Shown here: one piece after another, positions 13,711 to 26,710 of the stretch | Numbering within the stretch: position 1 is the stretch's first letter | Layout of the letters: the number at the start of each line of letters is the position of its first letter | Origin: Hydrolagus affinis | Lineage: Eukaryota | Length of the DNA stretch: 64,000 nucleotides | NCBI GenBank assembly: GCA_012026655.1 | Contig: JAAILG010000398.1 | Coordinates: 1 to 64,000 of the forward strand | Direction of reading: 5' to 3' | Notes under the pieces: model-generated | Told to the model about the DNA's origin: nothing | The model's database searches: none | What the model saw: only the letters and a program-made list of their open reading frames with translations | Made by a program: the position numbers and the translations under genes

Positions 13711-14374
13711 GCCTAATTGTCTTTGCTACAAAAAGCCAGTGGTAGTGTTTTACATTGCCCTATTAAATATGTTGTGTATTCTTTTGGCCTTACTTGTTTC
13801 ATGGAAAAAGTAATCACAAGGGCTAACCGTTAATTATGAACCATCAATTATGCATTACTCTGAAGGCCGGCTCTATGTACTGTACTAAGGAATATTTCAT
13901 GTAAGTTACTTAAGAAACTGGAACCATGGAGGCTCCTACAATCAGATCTCTGCCATGTAGAGCTTAGGTAAGAGCTTTGTTTTTGCATTTCCAGTATATT
14001 GAACACAATGACATAATAATTTCCAGTCCACTAAAAGTAATTTTAGGTTGGAAGCACTAAATCAATTTTTTTAAGATTGCTGTTTTTAATATAACTTTTG
14101 AAATATGGAGTTCATATTTAACACTCAGACTTTTCTTATTATATAATGTATAATGTTATTTATTTGTTTATAGTACATAAAAATTCTGGTAAATTTTAAT
14201 TTACCATATATTCAGTAAATCAAATATATTTAAACACTTATAAGCTATGCAGTAAAAGAACCATGTACCAGGGTTTTTTTTAAAATGTTTTTTAGAAAGA
14301 TCAAGAAGAACTACTTTACTCCAAGAATGAAATCGGAACACATTATAAAGAAAGTGAGTGCTATTCAACAAAAA

Positions 14375-14500
14375 TGATGCTTTTTATGTAAAGCCTTCTC
14401 ACATCAGGACACCATCTCAAAGTACTTCACAGAATCTATTTTAAAGTGCCGTGGCTCTGTATTTCGCAGGTGAACAAGGCAGGCAATTTGCAGACATCTT
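14375..14500 (-). mobile_element. Old SINE 3' fragment
   Basis: catctcaaagtacttcacagaatctattttaaagtg...gcaggtgaacaaggcaggcaatttgc. Confidence 0.65.
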
Positions 14501-15411
14501 TTTTAGAAAAAGCTAACAGTACATTTTAACCTGTGTTTGAAATTGCTTCATTTATCAAATTACTGATTTGAAACAAAGGACGTCAATGTTAATTTAAATA
14601 CACTGAGAGTCAATTGGTGCCTGAGTAAAATATCCCATACAAAGCAAAGCTTCTATTAACTGATGGCACCTCTACTTTGTTGTTAACATTCAGTACCATT
14701 CTTAATGGTAAATAAGTTTTTGTTCCATGTTTGTCATGCCTACAGTTTACAGGTTTAAACTGAACTGGTCAAGGCAGAGTGCACTGCTTTCAGACAGCTC
14801 ATTGTGAGATGTCAGTCAGACTTCTGGGAAATACTGATACAGTATACACACATGACTTCCCTCCTGCCATATTGATTTTTGCATTTCTTTTGAAGAGCAC
14901 ATTAGACATAGAATTGATGACCTGTGTAGCACCCAGACATAAGTTTTGCAAGACCTAAGGGGAATACTGCACCACTCAAAATTGGTTACTGACTCTTCAG
15001 TGTAAAGGGACACTGCAATGTATCAGTTGAAGTCACGATGAAATAGAATTAAAGTGACAGATAGAGAATACACATCCATAGGAGTAAGCAATCCGATTTC
15101 ATGCATTTCATTAACAAACAACTATCAGAATAGCAATGCTACCCAATGATCCAACTGTGGATTGTTTTTTTATATAATTTCATATCCAATAGTATGCTTT
15201 GTTGTTTTTATTTCTCTAATCGTATGTGAGCTTATGTGAATATTCAGTGCCCTAAAATGCAGAGGTGAAATGTTTGAGAAAGGAAATGACGCTTAAATCT
15301 GATGAGGAGCAGAAAGACATTTGGGAATAGATTCGTAGAGTGCTTATTCTGCAATGAGGTGACAGAGTGCAGAGTGTGACAGATGGCATAAAGTGCAAGG
15401 AAAAAGTGAGT

Positions 15412-15491
15412 GGACATTTCTAAATCATCCTATTGGTAATATTCATAATCTTGCTTGATACGACATACGCTATGTAACTATACAGAGAAGA
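15412..15491 (+). repeat. Left arm of 80-bp inverted repeat
   Basis: Reverse complement of 15949-16028 with one mismatch (79/80), checked base by base. Confidence 0.97.
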
Positions 15492-15639
15492 GTGGATCAT
15501 ATCCTATTGGGTAATCATTCAAATCCTGACTGTCCTTTGCCGTAGGATGCTCTCCCAATGAAAGAGGCGATACAAAAGTAATTTCTTGTTGTGGTGTTAA
15601 AATATTTTTTGCGTTTGATAGAGAGCCTATAATGTCAAG

Positions 15640-15870
15640 AGCATCTCTACGCACCACAAGGTTTTCTTTAAAGCATACTGTGTGTATTTTGCAGGTGAAC
15701 ACAGCAACCGATTTCTTCATGGCAACATCCAGGAAGTAAATGACTAATTCTATCTGGAGGATTGGTAGCCAGGACACCCGAGGTAAGGATGGCATCTCCT
15801 TCAATTCAGCGCTCCCCTAGTACTGCATTGCAGTGTCAGCCTAGACTTATGTCAGCTTACAATGGAGTAT
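15640..15870 (-). mobile_element. Decayed Deu-domain SINE (SacSINE1/AmnSINE-like)
   Basis: ggatggcatctcc...cagcgctcccctagtactgcattgcagtgtcagcctaga is the reverse complement of the Deu-SINE motif GGCTGACACTCCAGTGCAGTACTGAGGGAGTGCTG (recalled consensus). Confidence 0.75.
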
Positions 15871-15948
15871 TGGTAGCAGATTTTCCATCAGAAAACCTAA
15901 ATTCCAGCTGGCATTCCATGTCACGATTCTGACAACATGCAATTGTTG

Positions 15949-16028
15949 TCTTCTCTGTATAGTTACATAGCGTATGTCGTATCAAGCAAGATTATGAATA
16001 TTACTAATAGGATGATTTAGAAATGTCC
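15949..16028 (-). repeat. Right arm of 80-bp inverted repeat
   Basis: Reverse complement of 15412-15491 (79/80). Confidence 0.97.
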
Positions 16029-19000
16029 CATTAGAGCCTGACACAGCCAGTGTTGCATTGTGGAATACTGACCATTAATTTCAGCCTCCGGATTTCAGAT
16101 GTTATCCTCGTGAATGACCACCTGCGCTGACATCTCTATGATTTCAGTTTACAACTTGATGCTGAATTACTCCAACCCAGTCTCCTCTGAGTCACTTTAC
16201 TCTGCTGAGGGAGATTTTGCTTAGAATATCATTAGAGATCTACTATTAATTTATTTACCGCACATCAACCTGAAGAAAGAGCTGAGTGGATTGGGATTCT
16301 ACCTCAGAATCTAGTGGTTCCATGAACAGTGTTAAACTGATTGCCTACATTATTTGTAACATCAGAAAACCTATTCACATATACATGTTTTTTAAAATAT
16401 TATACCTATACAATCATATTGGATTTTTAAAATTAAATGATGCTAGTCAGATTCACAAAGCCTCCACTGGTGATTCTCATGACTGATTAGATTTGTGATA
16501 CTTTGCTTGTGTGAAACAGAATTTTATCCCCCCAAAATCTAAGTGTTCAAGGTCCAGTATTGCCTCAAGGTGCATGGCTGCCTCAATGGAAGAAACATTT
16601 TTCAGTCACACAACAGATGGAGGTTTATAGTCTGTGCGGTGCTTCTCGTTCTGTATGCATTAAAGAAGCAGCCTGATTGCCTTAGGCACAGAACGTTCAT
16701 TGCCGATAACCTAAACCCATATGCACAGTTCTGTTAGCTCATGCATTGACAGTTTGGATGGCAAAATCAACACAAATTAATCTAACAAAGTAAGAATGAC
16801 ACCAGGCTGTAAATGGGAGCGTACTCACCACCCAAAGGTAATTAAGAGTTTGTGAATTAATCTAAAGTCAGTAGTTGTGGCAATCATGTGATTCATTGTT
16901 CATTATGATTAGGGAGCAGTTTTTTTTTAATGAATTTATCGAGATTGAATCCTCTTTACCTAGATCATGGATCGATTAAAACTAATTCTTGCATCAATTT
17001 CATTTATCACTTGAAACATATTTCCGATGATTTTTGAAGCTTCTATCCATGCTTGGAACGCAGATTGAGTCAGATATCATCCTATGAAAAGTTTACAACT
17101 ATTGGAGTTGGGTGTAGCTCAGCAAAACAAGGGGAAATGCAGGAAACATCACTGTCAAGAACAACACATCTGGGACTAATTAACTATCTTGTATTCCAGC
17201 TGGTACCTGATTCCTTTATTTTTCACTTGACCGTTTTTCAATGCTTTATTAAGTATAATATGTCAACAAGTGTGTTTAGGATTATGAAATGCCTTTTCAT
17301 TTGGTTACTAAAGACACTGCCTGTTTTTTTTTGCTGTTTGAATAGGCTAGGAAGTTGCTGGCAACTTTTAAGATAATACTCCTGGACTAAGCTCAGGGGA
17401 AGAATCTAATTATGTATCAAGATATAACGACAACAACTTGTATTTATATAATGCCCTTCATGCAGAGCAGTGTTTTGGAACCCTGGAAATGCTGCACCTT
17501 TATTCCTCGCTGTTCACCTCCTTTGTACAATGATTTTACTGCAGCTCAAGATTTGTATAACAACTCGAGTCTTTTACGTTTACATTTTTCTGACTGGTTA
17601 ATATGGAACTGTGCTTACGACTACGAGTAAGACCTGAACCTTTTGCAAATTACACTTTACATTATTGGAGGCTTTTCGGTCGAGTACAGTGTGAATCAGC
17701 ATTCATCCTTTCTTTTCTTATTTTGCCTGATAAATCAGAAGTCCATTTCGGAAGCATCACTTTCCTCTATTAAAGCACGTGCACGATTTTACTTGTCATT
17801 TCTCCTAGGAGAACTGAGTCAAATTTAAGTGAGTTTTGAATTGTGATCAGGGGTAGAGGTTATAAGTTGTCTCAACTGAGTTGCCTTTTGACCTTTGATA
17901 TCTGTCAAAGATGATAAGCTGTCATGGAATTGTTATGGGTGGTACTGTATTCATTACCTAGATCTCTGGTGGGTGAAAGTTTATGCTACTGGCAGCTGCA
18001 CTTGTCTTGTCATCTTGCATGATGTGCCATATATAATCTTGTTGATTCAGTGTAATTTTCTCGCCAAAGTGAGACAATACATAAAACTGCGGAAACAACA
18101 AACCTTGACAATTTTCATTGTTTTCACGCCTTTTTGACACTTTTTAGGTGTAATTTAGTGTTGGAAACAATAAAAGTGTTTGTCATTTTAATAATTATGG
18201 ATTAATTAAAATATCAGCTTTGAAATTAAATGTCATTTTCATTATATACCATAGCTGACATCTACCTACAGGCAATAATCCACTGTTGCATGTGGTATTA
18301 GTCACCGCCTAAATCAGATACCTGTTTGGCAGCTCTGTCTCACTGGCAGTCTTAGTGCCACACTGTGAACAGCAAGTCTTCTGTGTGTGAAAGATAAAAA
18401 CAATCCTATGGTAATGTTTTGTGTGATGCTGTATGGATCCTTTTAATTGATTGTATGCATGGCTGTTGCAAACACTGTACAGTATTGGAGGTGGAAGTAG
18501 GAACAGAAGAGACAGCAGGGAAAGCTGATGGGAAGGTAATGTTGGTGATTTCCAAACACTGTACATTTATATGAGATTCCTGTTGTTATCGTGTTTGGAT
18601 TCTTTAGATGATAGACACTGGTTCTGGTAAGCAATGGGTGTTACAGTAGAAAGTCTGGTTAGCTCATTTAGTTCGTTGTTGGTGTTTTAATATGATTACA
18701 ATGGACGTTCCATTGTGCGCTACGCTGGATTGGGGGAAATGAGACTTATTCAGGCTTAAAATTATTGGTATATTCATTATGGCTCTTATTGGATAAATTG
18801 CAATCTTATATGAACATTACACTTTAGCAGTTCATCTCATAATCCGACCTTTTTAACCAAACTTTTCGTACACATAATGTCAGCAATTTGGCTCAATTCC
18901 TTTATGCTAGTTTTCTTCTTTTGATTCAATACTTAGGTAAAAATAAAATAATAATTGAACCTCCTACTCATTTAAATCCTCTTTATTTAAGCTGAGCTTG

Positions 19001-20904
19001 ACAGAAAAGGGATGAATCCAATATTATTACGTTAGCATGAAGAGTATGTGCTTTTGATTAGTTACATATTCAGTGAAATAAACCTCCAGATGGGTTTCTA
19101 AAACACCAAGCCTTCACAGTAGTGTAAATATATAAATGTTGTGCTGCTTTCCTGCTGTCTGCTTTACAATAAACTCAATAACATCTCACTTTGGGTAACA
19201 TTTTGGAAATCAAATGGACTGTTTATGCAATTTAACAATCATAATATGCAACTGGACCAAAAACAGCAACAAATGTAAAATAAATTGCACATCAAGAACC
19301 AAATTAAAACCAAGCTGCACAAATGAGTGTAGTTGCTCATGTCACTCTGTACTGTGGGATAGACACAGTGAGCTGGTAGGATTAGCATAGCAGTGATTTA
19401 GAGATAGGTGATAGATAGGAGCTTATCTCTGAGGAGACTGGATGAACCGCATACGCAGTACAGCTAATCTTTGAAAAATGTCTAGTATACTTATGCAGCA
19501 GGTGTAATCTTTAAGGTTGTGGAGAAGTCGAAGGCGTGGCCTTCATTGGTTGTAAGAAGTGCTTCTAAACATCTGAAAAGTAATTTTCAATACACTTTCA
19601 TTTGATGATCTTGCAATAATGACAGGTCCTTTGCTGCCCTTACTCCTGATATATCTAATCCTTTTCAGCACTTTTGATTAATTTTGCTGAAATATTGCAT
19701 GATCCCATCTGGTGGACTCACATTAAAATAATATCAATGGTTTGCTTTATCCTTTCTCCAATAAAGATTTATCTCAACATTGGCGTGTGTTAATAAACAA
19801 ACGAAAAATTAATCAAACCACAGACATGCGTTTTGTACAGGACTAAATGAATGCTTTAACCTTCAGATGTGTATTTTGGAAACATGGAGATCTGAGCTGT
19901 AGGTAAATGGAATCCGATATAGTAGAAGATCAGTCAATGATAACAAGTGTCATTGACACCAAGTAATGAAAAACACAAAATCATTAATAATGTTTCTGTC
20001 CCAGTTGATGCTGAGGGTTGATGGTTTACAATGCTGAACATGATTGGTATAAATACAGACATACGGTGAAATATGGACATAACATAAATTTAACTAAACT
20101 GCTAAGGTGATTGTAAAGCAATTTCATGAGTTTGTCTTATTGTGCATACCAGATGTATCCACCTAAGTTAGAGTAGATCAGAAGCTTAAAATTAATTAAA
20201 ACTATGTGCAAACACATCAAATATAATTAGCCTTTGCGCTCCCATGAGAAAGTGCTAGTAACATTAAACTTGCTCTTATTACAACATAATGGGATGTTGC
20301 AGTTGAGATGTTCCACTGAAGTGAAATAGACGAGAGGAAAGTTACAAGCTAGTAACACCATCTGAATAGCTTCAGCTAACATCACAAATGACAAATCGTA
20401 AAACTGATTCTCGAGTAATGACATTATTATCTGAATCCTGAAACTGTATTGTTGCATTTAGTTGCCTGCCTGATTTTTTTTGTTTTTAGCATTTTATTCT
20501 CAGTTAGTCATTGGAAGATTTACTAGGAATGAGCCCCAGTGAAGCTTTCAAAACAACAACAAAGTGTGTTCAGATCTATAATGCTTTCTCTAACATACAC
20601 CCACGTTCTTCAGGACTGTGTTGAAATCTTTACAACAATCACTACACTTCTCATTGTGCTACAGGAAGAGATCAAATGGGCTAAAGGAATTTCTTCATTT
20701 GTATCTCTTGGGATTGGATGTGACATTACAACAACAGAAGAAAGAATAAAAGCTATGCACCATTATGTTATAAACTCTAATATAGAGCATGGATTGCAAG
20801 GTTTAAAATTGACCCGGTTTACACTCATTATAACCTGAAATGTGCTCGAGCCTGACTGTAACATGCTGTATTTAACTTATGTACAGAGTTGTTATGTTCA
20901 GTTT

Positions 20905-21075
20905 TCATAGAATCATAGAATCTTATGGCACAAAAGGAGGCTGTTCAGCCCATCTAGTCTGTGCCGGCTCTTTGAAAAGAGCAACTCAATCCCACTGCCC
21001 AGCTCTCTCCCCATAACCTAACAGACCTGTCCTTCCTAAATAAAAGATCTGATTCTCTTTTAAAAGCTGTTATCA
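20905..21075 (-). mobile_element. CR1 3' end
   Basis: catagaatcatagaat is an (ATTCTATG)n CR1 tail on the minus strand. The adjacent sequence is homologous to the 3' UTR at 2390-2507. Confidence 0.88.
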
Positions 21076-21688
21076 AAATTTTGTTTCCTCATTGGTAAGT
21101 TTTTCTTTATCTGTTGATGGAAATGTTTGGAACTGTATATGTTTTGCAGTTGATCTGATTTTAAATAAAATAGTGGCTATCTTGCTGAGTACCAATAGGA
21201 AGGATGATTCAAAAATTGCTAGAAGAAAACACACAGACAATGTGTTGTGAATTTAAAAATGATTTTTCATCTCCATAATCAACATCTGTCTGACAGATTA
21301 AACGTTCAGGTAGTGGTTTTATGGTATTAACGAATATTACAAAATTACACCCAGTAAGCCATTTAATTATTTATCTAGATGATCATAAATGGGAATGAAA
21401 TTATGTAGCTAAAAGCTATTACCGATTAATCATTCTTCAGATCAATTAGTGCGAGTAGCCAATCTGTAAAACACAGCCTGCAAGACACAGCCTGAGACAC
21501 ACAACATATAACACATATAATACAATATTGTACTGTATATATGTACAATACATATGCAATACATAACCTGTAATACATTGCATTACTCCCAATGTGCCAA
21601 TCATTTTAATCTCTGAACCTCATAAAGGTATTGGTCCACTTTATAGTTTACTTTCCAATTTATGTAATTTGCATATCCAGAAATTGTC

Positions 21689-21750
21689 ACAACAACAAAC
21701 TTACACTTGTACAGTTGCCTTTCATGTCAGGAGGACGTCTCAAAGCGCTG
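21689..21750 (-). mobile_element. Ultra-short L2 3' tail
   Basis: acaacaacaaacttacacttgtacag..gcctttcatgtcaggaggacgtctcaaagcgctg. Confidence 0.85.
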
Positions 21751-22564
21751 AAATGTTGCTGAAATGTTACTAATAGCATTATGATTTTATCTTCCTTGTT
21801 ATGTGAAGATAAGAATGGTAATGTTTTTAAATCACGTGGACCCATTTAGGCTAATGCCACCTGATAATGCTGACCTGACTTTTTGTCTACTTCTCGTACA
21901 CTTTGCCTCATTACACCGGCAAAGTAAAAAGTAATTCCATGCTTCATTGAAAAATTCTTCTCTTTTCTCATTATGGTTAAGGGATGTCCAGTGCTGAACG
22001 ACAGGGTTGGCTGATTGTCCCATTACTGACTCAATTAATTTAGCATCTTTAAGGAAAGAGTTTCACCATCAGGATCCATTAAACAAAACTAGATAGAATT
22101 AGGATTAATGTCTTTTTGTACCTTTAGAGGATTACAGATGATTTCCTTAAAATACCTTTGCTTTAAATTGTGCTCCCATTATATCATCAGGGGGATTTAC
22201 TTCACAAATCTATGGAACTTCAAACGGTATAGGATCTGCATTAACTTTAATAGATTAACTGAGGATACTTTCAGGGTTTATGTAATTTTAACCATTCTTG
22301 TTAATTCATCTCCTTTACGCTTCCAGGCTCAGTAGCTCTTGCAATGAGTTTCCCTGATAGGAATATCAGTGCATATCATTGTCACAAAGATTTGAGGAGT
22401 GTGGGGAGGAAGGGAAATAAGGCCGCAGTGAAAGTAGAAAAATATTTTGGAAGCTTGTCATAAAAGTTTGATATACATTTTTTAATTGATGATGAGAATC
22501 CTTCTGGAAGTTTTTTTTTAATCGCAATCTTTAAATTTGATACGGTATCTTAACAGATCCAAAC

Positions 22565-22780
22565 ATCTCAAAGTGCTTTGCACAAGTTGTTTACTTTGAA
22601 ATGCTGCGACTGAAATATAGGCAAATGCAACTGCTGTGTTCCACCAGCAGTATTCCTACACAACATAGAGATGAACAACTGAAAGATCGTTTTTTTGGTG
22701 AATGTGGATAAAGATGGGTGGAGACAGCACAGATGAATAAGGCGTTCAAATGACACAGCCTCAGATCTCTGCCACCCTCA
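22565..22780 (-). mobile_element. Old Deu-type SINE fragment
   Basis: catctcaaagtgcttt...tactttgaaatg...aggcaaatgcaactgc...cagcagtattcctacacaaca is a diverged form of the shared SINE tail. Confidence 0.6.
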
Positions 22781-23863
22781 CATGATTAAACTCATTTTTC
22801 TAACCAGAGGTCAATCTGAATCAATGCAAAGAGTGATGAAACAATCGGGACTCACACCATCTGACTCCAATACAACCTTTGAACTTAAAATCATTATCTA
22901 TACTCATCAATACGACTAAGTTACCAACTGATTGCTGTCAGAACAATGTAAAGCTATAACCATGACCTATCGCTTTTCAGTTCTATGACTGATTGCAACA
23001 TCAAAGCTTAGGCATGTAATTATCCTAACATTAATAATAATCTTTGCATTTGATATACCATCTATAATTTCTGAAGGAAGTCAAACCTTCACAGGAATTT
23101 ACCCTAATGTCAAAGAACTGTGTATTTTGTAGCCAATTGATTGAGTTGTGTTCCAGAATGGAAGATTGTAACACATTTGGAATGTTAGTTAAACTGCCAA
23201 TACAATTCAGTTGGATTTAACACAATTATCGCAAGAAACACAGAAGAAAACAATATCTCAGTTAAATATTTCTGAGGTGCATCACTTTAGCTTGTCAACC
23301 ATTTTGTGTGATGTGGACAGCTGTAATGATTTCCTGAAATGCAACTGATTCAAAGGATGTGGCATTAGAATAATGAAAAATAATAACGTTTTCATCATTT
23401 GGTCCAGTGAAATGAATTTCTATGAAATATTTATAAAAGGAGGAAAAGATTAGTAGCTTCATCCCAGTTAAAGCCTGCTAACATTGTGAAGAAAAATAAA
23501 ATATAACCCTCTGATCCAAACATTTTGATGTAATTAATCTTGTCATTTAATATTACAACTAGATAAACTGTACACAAAAAGTCCACATAGGCGTGAAAGC
23601 TTGATGTCACTTCATTAAACATCCATGTAGCTGAAAGCATTGCTATATTGATGGAAGAACACAGAAGTGCAATAATGCACTGTGTCACACTAATTTCACA
23701 GTTCCAATTTTCCAACATTCAATTGTATACCTGCAAAATATTTCATGTTTCACTTAAATTTATACAGAATTTTTTGTTATGTTTCAGATCCTCTGGAACT
23801 GTATTTAATTCACTTTAGTCCCAAGGGTTCCTATCCAGGTCCCAGAATTTTTATATCGGTCCA

Positions 23864-24147
23864 GGACCTGTAGTTTACAAGCAAGAGACCTGGGTTCTAT
23901 TCCAGGCAAGGTGAAACCTTGGATAAGTTTCCTTACTCCACATGCCTGATAATAATCCCTCAAGAAAACCCCCCAATAATGAATAGGTCAATTCAATCCA
24001 CAACTGTTGGTAGGACACTGTTGTATGCAATTGGCTGCTAGGTTTCACCCACAAATTTACAGTCAATTCACTTTACAGTAAATGCTGTGAAGCACTTTAA
24101 GACATCAGGAAGACGTGAATGCAAGGATTATTATTACTACTATTATT
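23864..24147 (+). mobile_element. Near full-length tRNA-derived SINE (head partly deleted)
   Basis: B-box-like gggttctattcc, then ccttggataagtttccttactcc, the shared tail and an (ATT)n end. Confidence 0.9.
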
Positions 24148-25765
24148 AAAACAGCTATAATACTTAGTTCTGCTATTCCCTGACTGAAATAATCTGATGT
24201 AGAACAAAACTCATTTTGACATATGTTTAGAACTTTCCTATGAATATCTCAAACTATTTTAAAGTGGAAGCATGCCTTTGGAAAAGCCGCTGCCTTGATT
24301 TTGTTGATAGTCATGAAGACCTACATAATATTTTCCCAAGTGAAAATTCTTCTGTGAACAGGACAACCTTTTTGTTCCATTAGAAAAACAAAGGAAAGTC
24401 ACAGCTACTCTTTGATTTTGTAAACAGCCTCTACTCATTAAGAATTTAGAAGCTGAGAAGGTCGAATGTGCCCTTAAGTTACCCACATTTCTTTAATTTT
24501 GCATGACAGATTCATTTCATGCTTTAGCTATTGGAATCACAATCATGACCCAATTCTGAATGATCTTGACGTTGTCCTTTTCAGGCTCTGTCTGTCTTTT
24601 ACGTTAGCTGATGTTTTGCATTGGGAAAAATAACCATCTGAAAAATAATACTTGGGTAACATCCCTCTCTTTTGTGAAGCTGTGGGATTAACGTGGAACA
24701 ACATATTGCAAAACAAAATCTTTGTGATTAATATTTTAAAATCTTAGTTTATCTCTCATTTTAGGATTTTTTTTTGGACATCCTTTTTTGAATGTTGAAT
24801 CACCTTGACCAGTGTTTTGTGGCCAGTCTGAGCTTTTGAAGGTAACCTGTGCAATTGTCCCCTCGAGGAATGTCGGCAAATGAGACCATCAACACACGCT
24901 CCAATGCACTTTTTCTTCATTATAATATGCTATGTATGAGCACTGGACAGTGATCTTGCATTATCCTGGTAAAAAAGTGTTTATAGGTGATGGAGTCGTC
25001 AATATCCCTGGTGGCTGCATTATCTCTTTTCTATCACCCCTTCATCCATCTAGTTCCACCATATGTCACTTTTACCATTGACTGGTTAACAATAACATTG
25101 CACAGAACTGTAACATGAAACAAAGTATTTGTACAACTTTCTAGATGTATATTATGAATTATTCTCTGTGAGTTCTAAAGCTAGGAAATATCATGTTGAA
25201 AGCTAAAAAAAACCTGTATACTGGGACTATTCTTGTATATCCCTCAAAGTGAATTAAATACTCGGTTTCATTAATGAGAGAGATTTAGAAAACACATTAT
25301 ACAGTATTTTCAAAGAAAACAGTTAACTCCACAACCCTTCTATTAGATGCATCACCCCTTTCTATTAGATGTATCAATTGGCACAAATAACTGCTTGAAG
25401 GATGAAGTGTTATATAGGAAAAATATTATGGAATGGACACTGGTAGAGATACAGAGTACACCATAAATCTGAGTATTTAGGAGCCAAGAGAAGATAGTTG
25501 TTCCCTCCAAGGGTGCACTTTGCTGTAGACATTTTCCTGTTAACAGATCATAGAATTGTATTTTGCTAGGAAACTGGGTTGAAAAATAGATCTTGCCAGG
25601 GATCATTTTTACTGAGGAGCTTCATTCTTCACTAAATCATCAGGTAAAGAAGAACGTGATAAATGTTACAATGGTTGTGGATAAAATTGCAGCTCTGCAA
25701 GATGAATTTCTGTACAACAGAACAGCACACAGAACACTTCTTCTCAAGTGTTGATATTTTAAGGG

Positions 25766-25800
25766 AACCAATCATTGTTTAACTCTAACAATGATTGGTT
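25766..25800. repeat. Perfect 14-bp inverted repeat with 7-nt spacer
   Basis: aaccaatcattgtt-taactct-aacaatgattggtt. Confidence 0.9.
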
Positions 25801-26493
25801 ATAGCTGAAGTCATTACATAGCATATAACACCCAAGTACACAATAGGCGTGTTAAAAAATAACTTAGAATTTAACTTAAAAATAACTTAATTCCTTCATT
25901 ACTCACTTCATTAATTGAAGTGAGTGTACATATGCAAGTGAGTTTGTTCCTGTAAGTGCTACGTCTTTGCTAGACTCACTCCAAATAATTAGGGTGCAAG
26001 TGGATTCAAATATTTTGACAAATCCTCCCTTTGCCAATGAAATGATTCACCTTGAATTCCGACAATCGGATGTCATAGTAATTTTCCAACAAGAACTACC
26101 TTATTTTGGCTTTGATTCACAAAGAGAAGGTGATGTCTATGTCTCCAAGTTCTTGGCGTTCAAACTGACAAGCTGGGCAACTATCAATAATACCATGGAT
26201 AGCTGAGCACCTGCCTGATCTATTTTTAACTGTGTCTCTCCTTGGTGTCAGTTCACCCCCCAGGAGATACACTGTACAATGAATGTACTTCAGTTTCAAA
26301 TTCTATGAAGATGAATATCAATCCTGCACCACAAACTGCAGTTGGTGCTGTTAATTCATTTTGCTTTAGTTTAATATTCGTGCTGCTAGTTTCTGTACCT
26401 TATTCTTTACAGCTGCTCAACCTGACACGATGTTCCTACCAGGCGATTTGGTTCTGAAGCTGCAATGAAAAGTAACTCTACTTATCCTATTTA

Positions 26494-26710
26494 CAGTAAA
26501 AGCCTGTTTATCCGGCACCCTCGGGACCTGGCCAATGCCGGTCAAAGCGCCTGCCGGATATTCGGCCAAAAACACACCAAAAAAAACATTTTTTTTCAAT
26601 GCATTTATCCGCATAAATTCCAGTTAATCGAATGCGGACCTTTTTTTTTTGCGATGTCAGTAATACGGAAGTTACGGTTGATCGGGTGCTGGATAAACGG
26701 GCTTTCATTG
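26494..26710. mobile_element. pogo/Tigger-type MITE, 217 bp
   Basis: 27-bp TIRs: cagtaaaagcctgtttatccggcaccc versus revcomp of the right end caatgaaagcccgtttatccagcaccc (23/27). CAGT terminus preceded by TA, and a CpG-rich interior. The right-hand TA duplication is not intact (TT). Confidence 0.85.
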
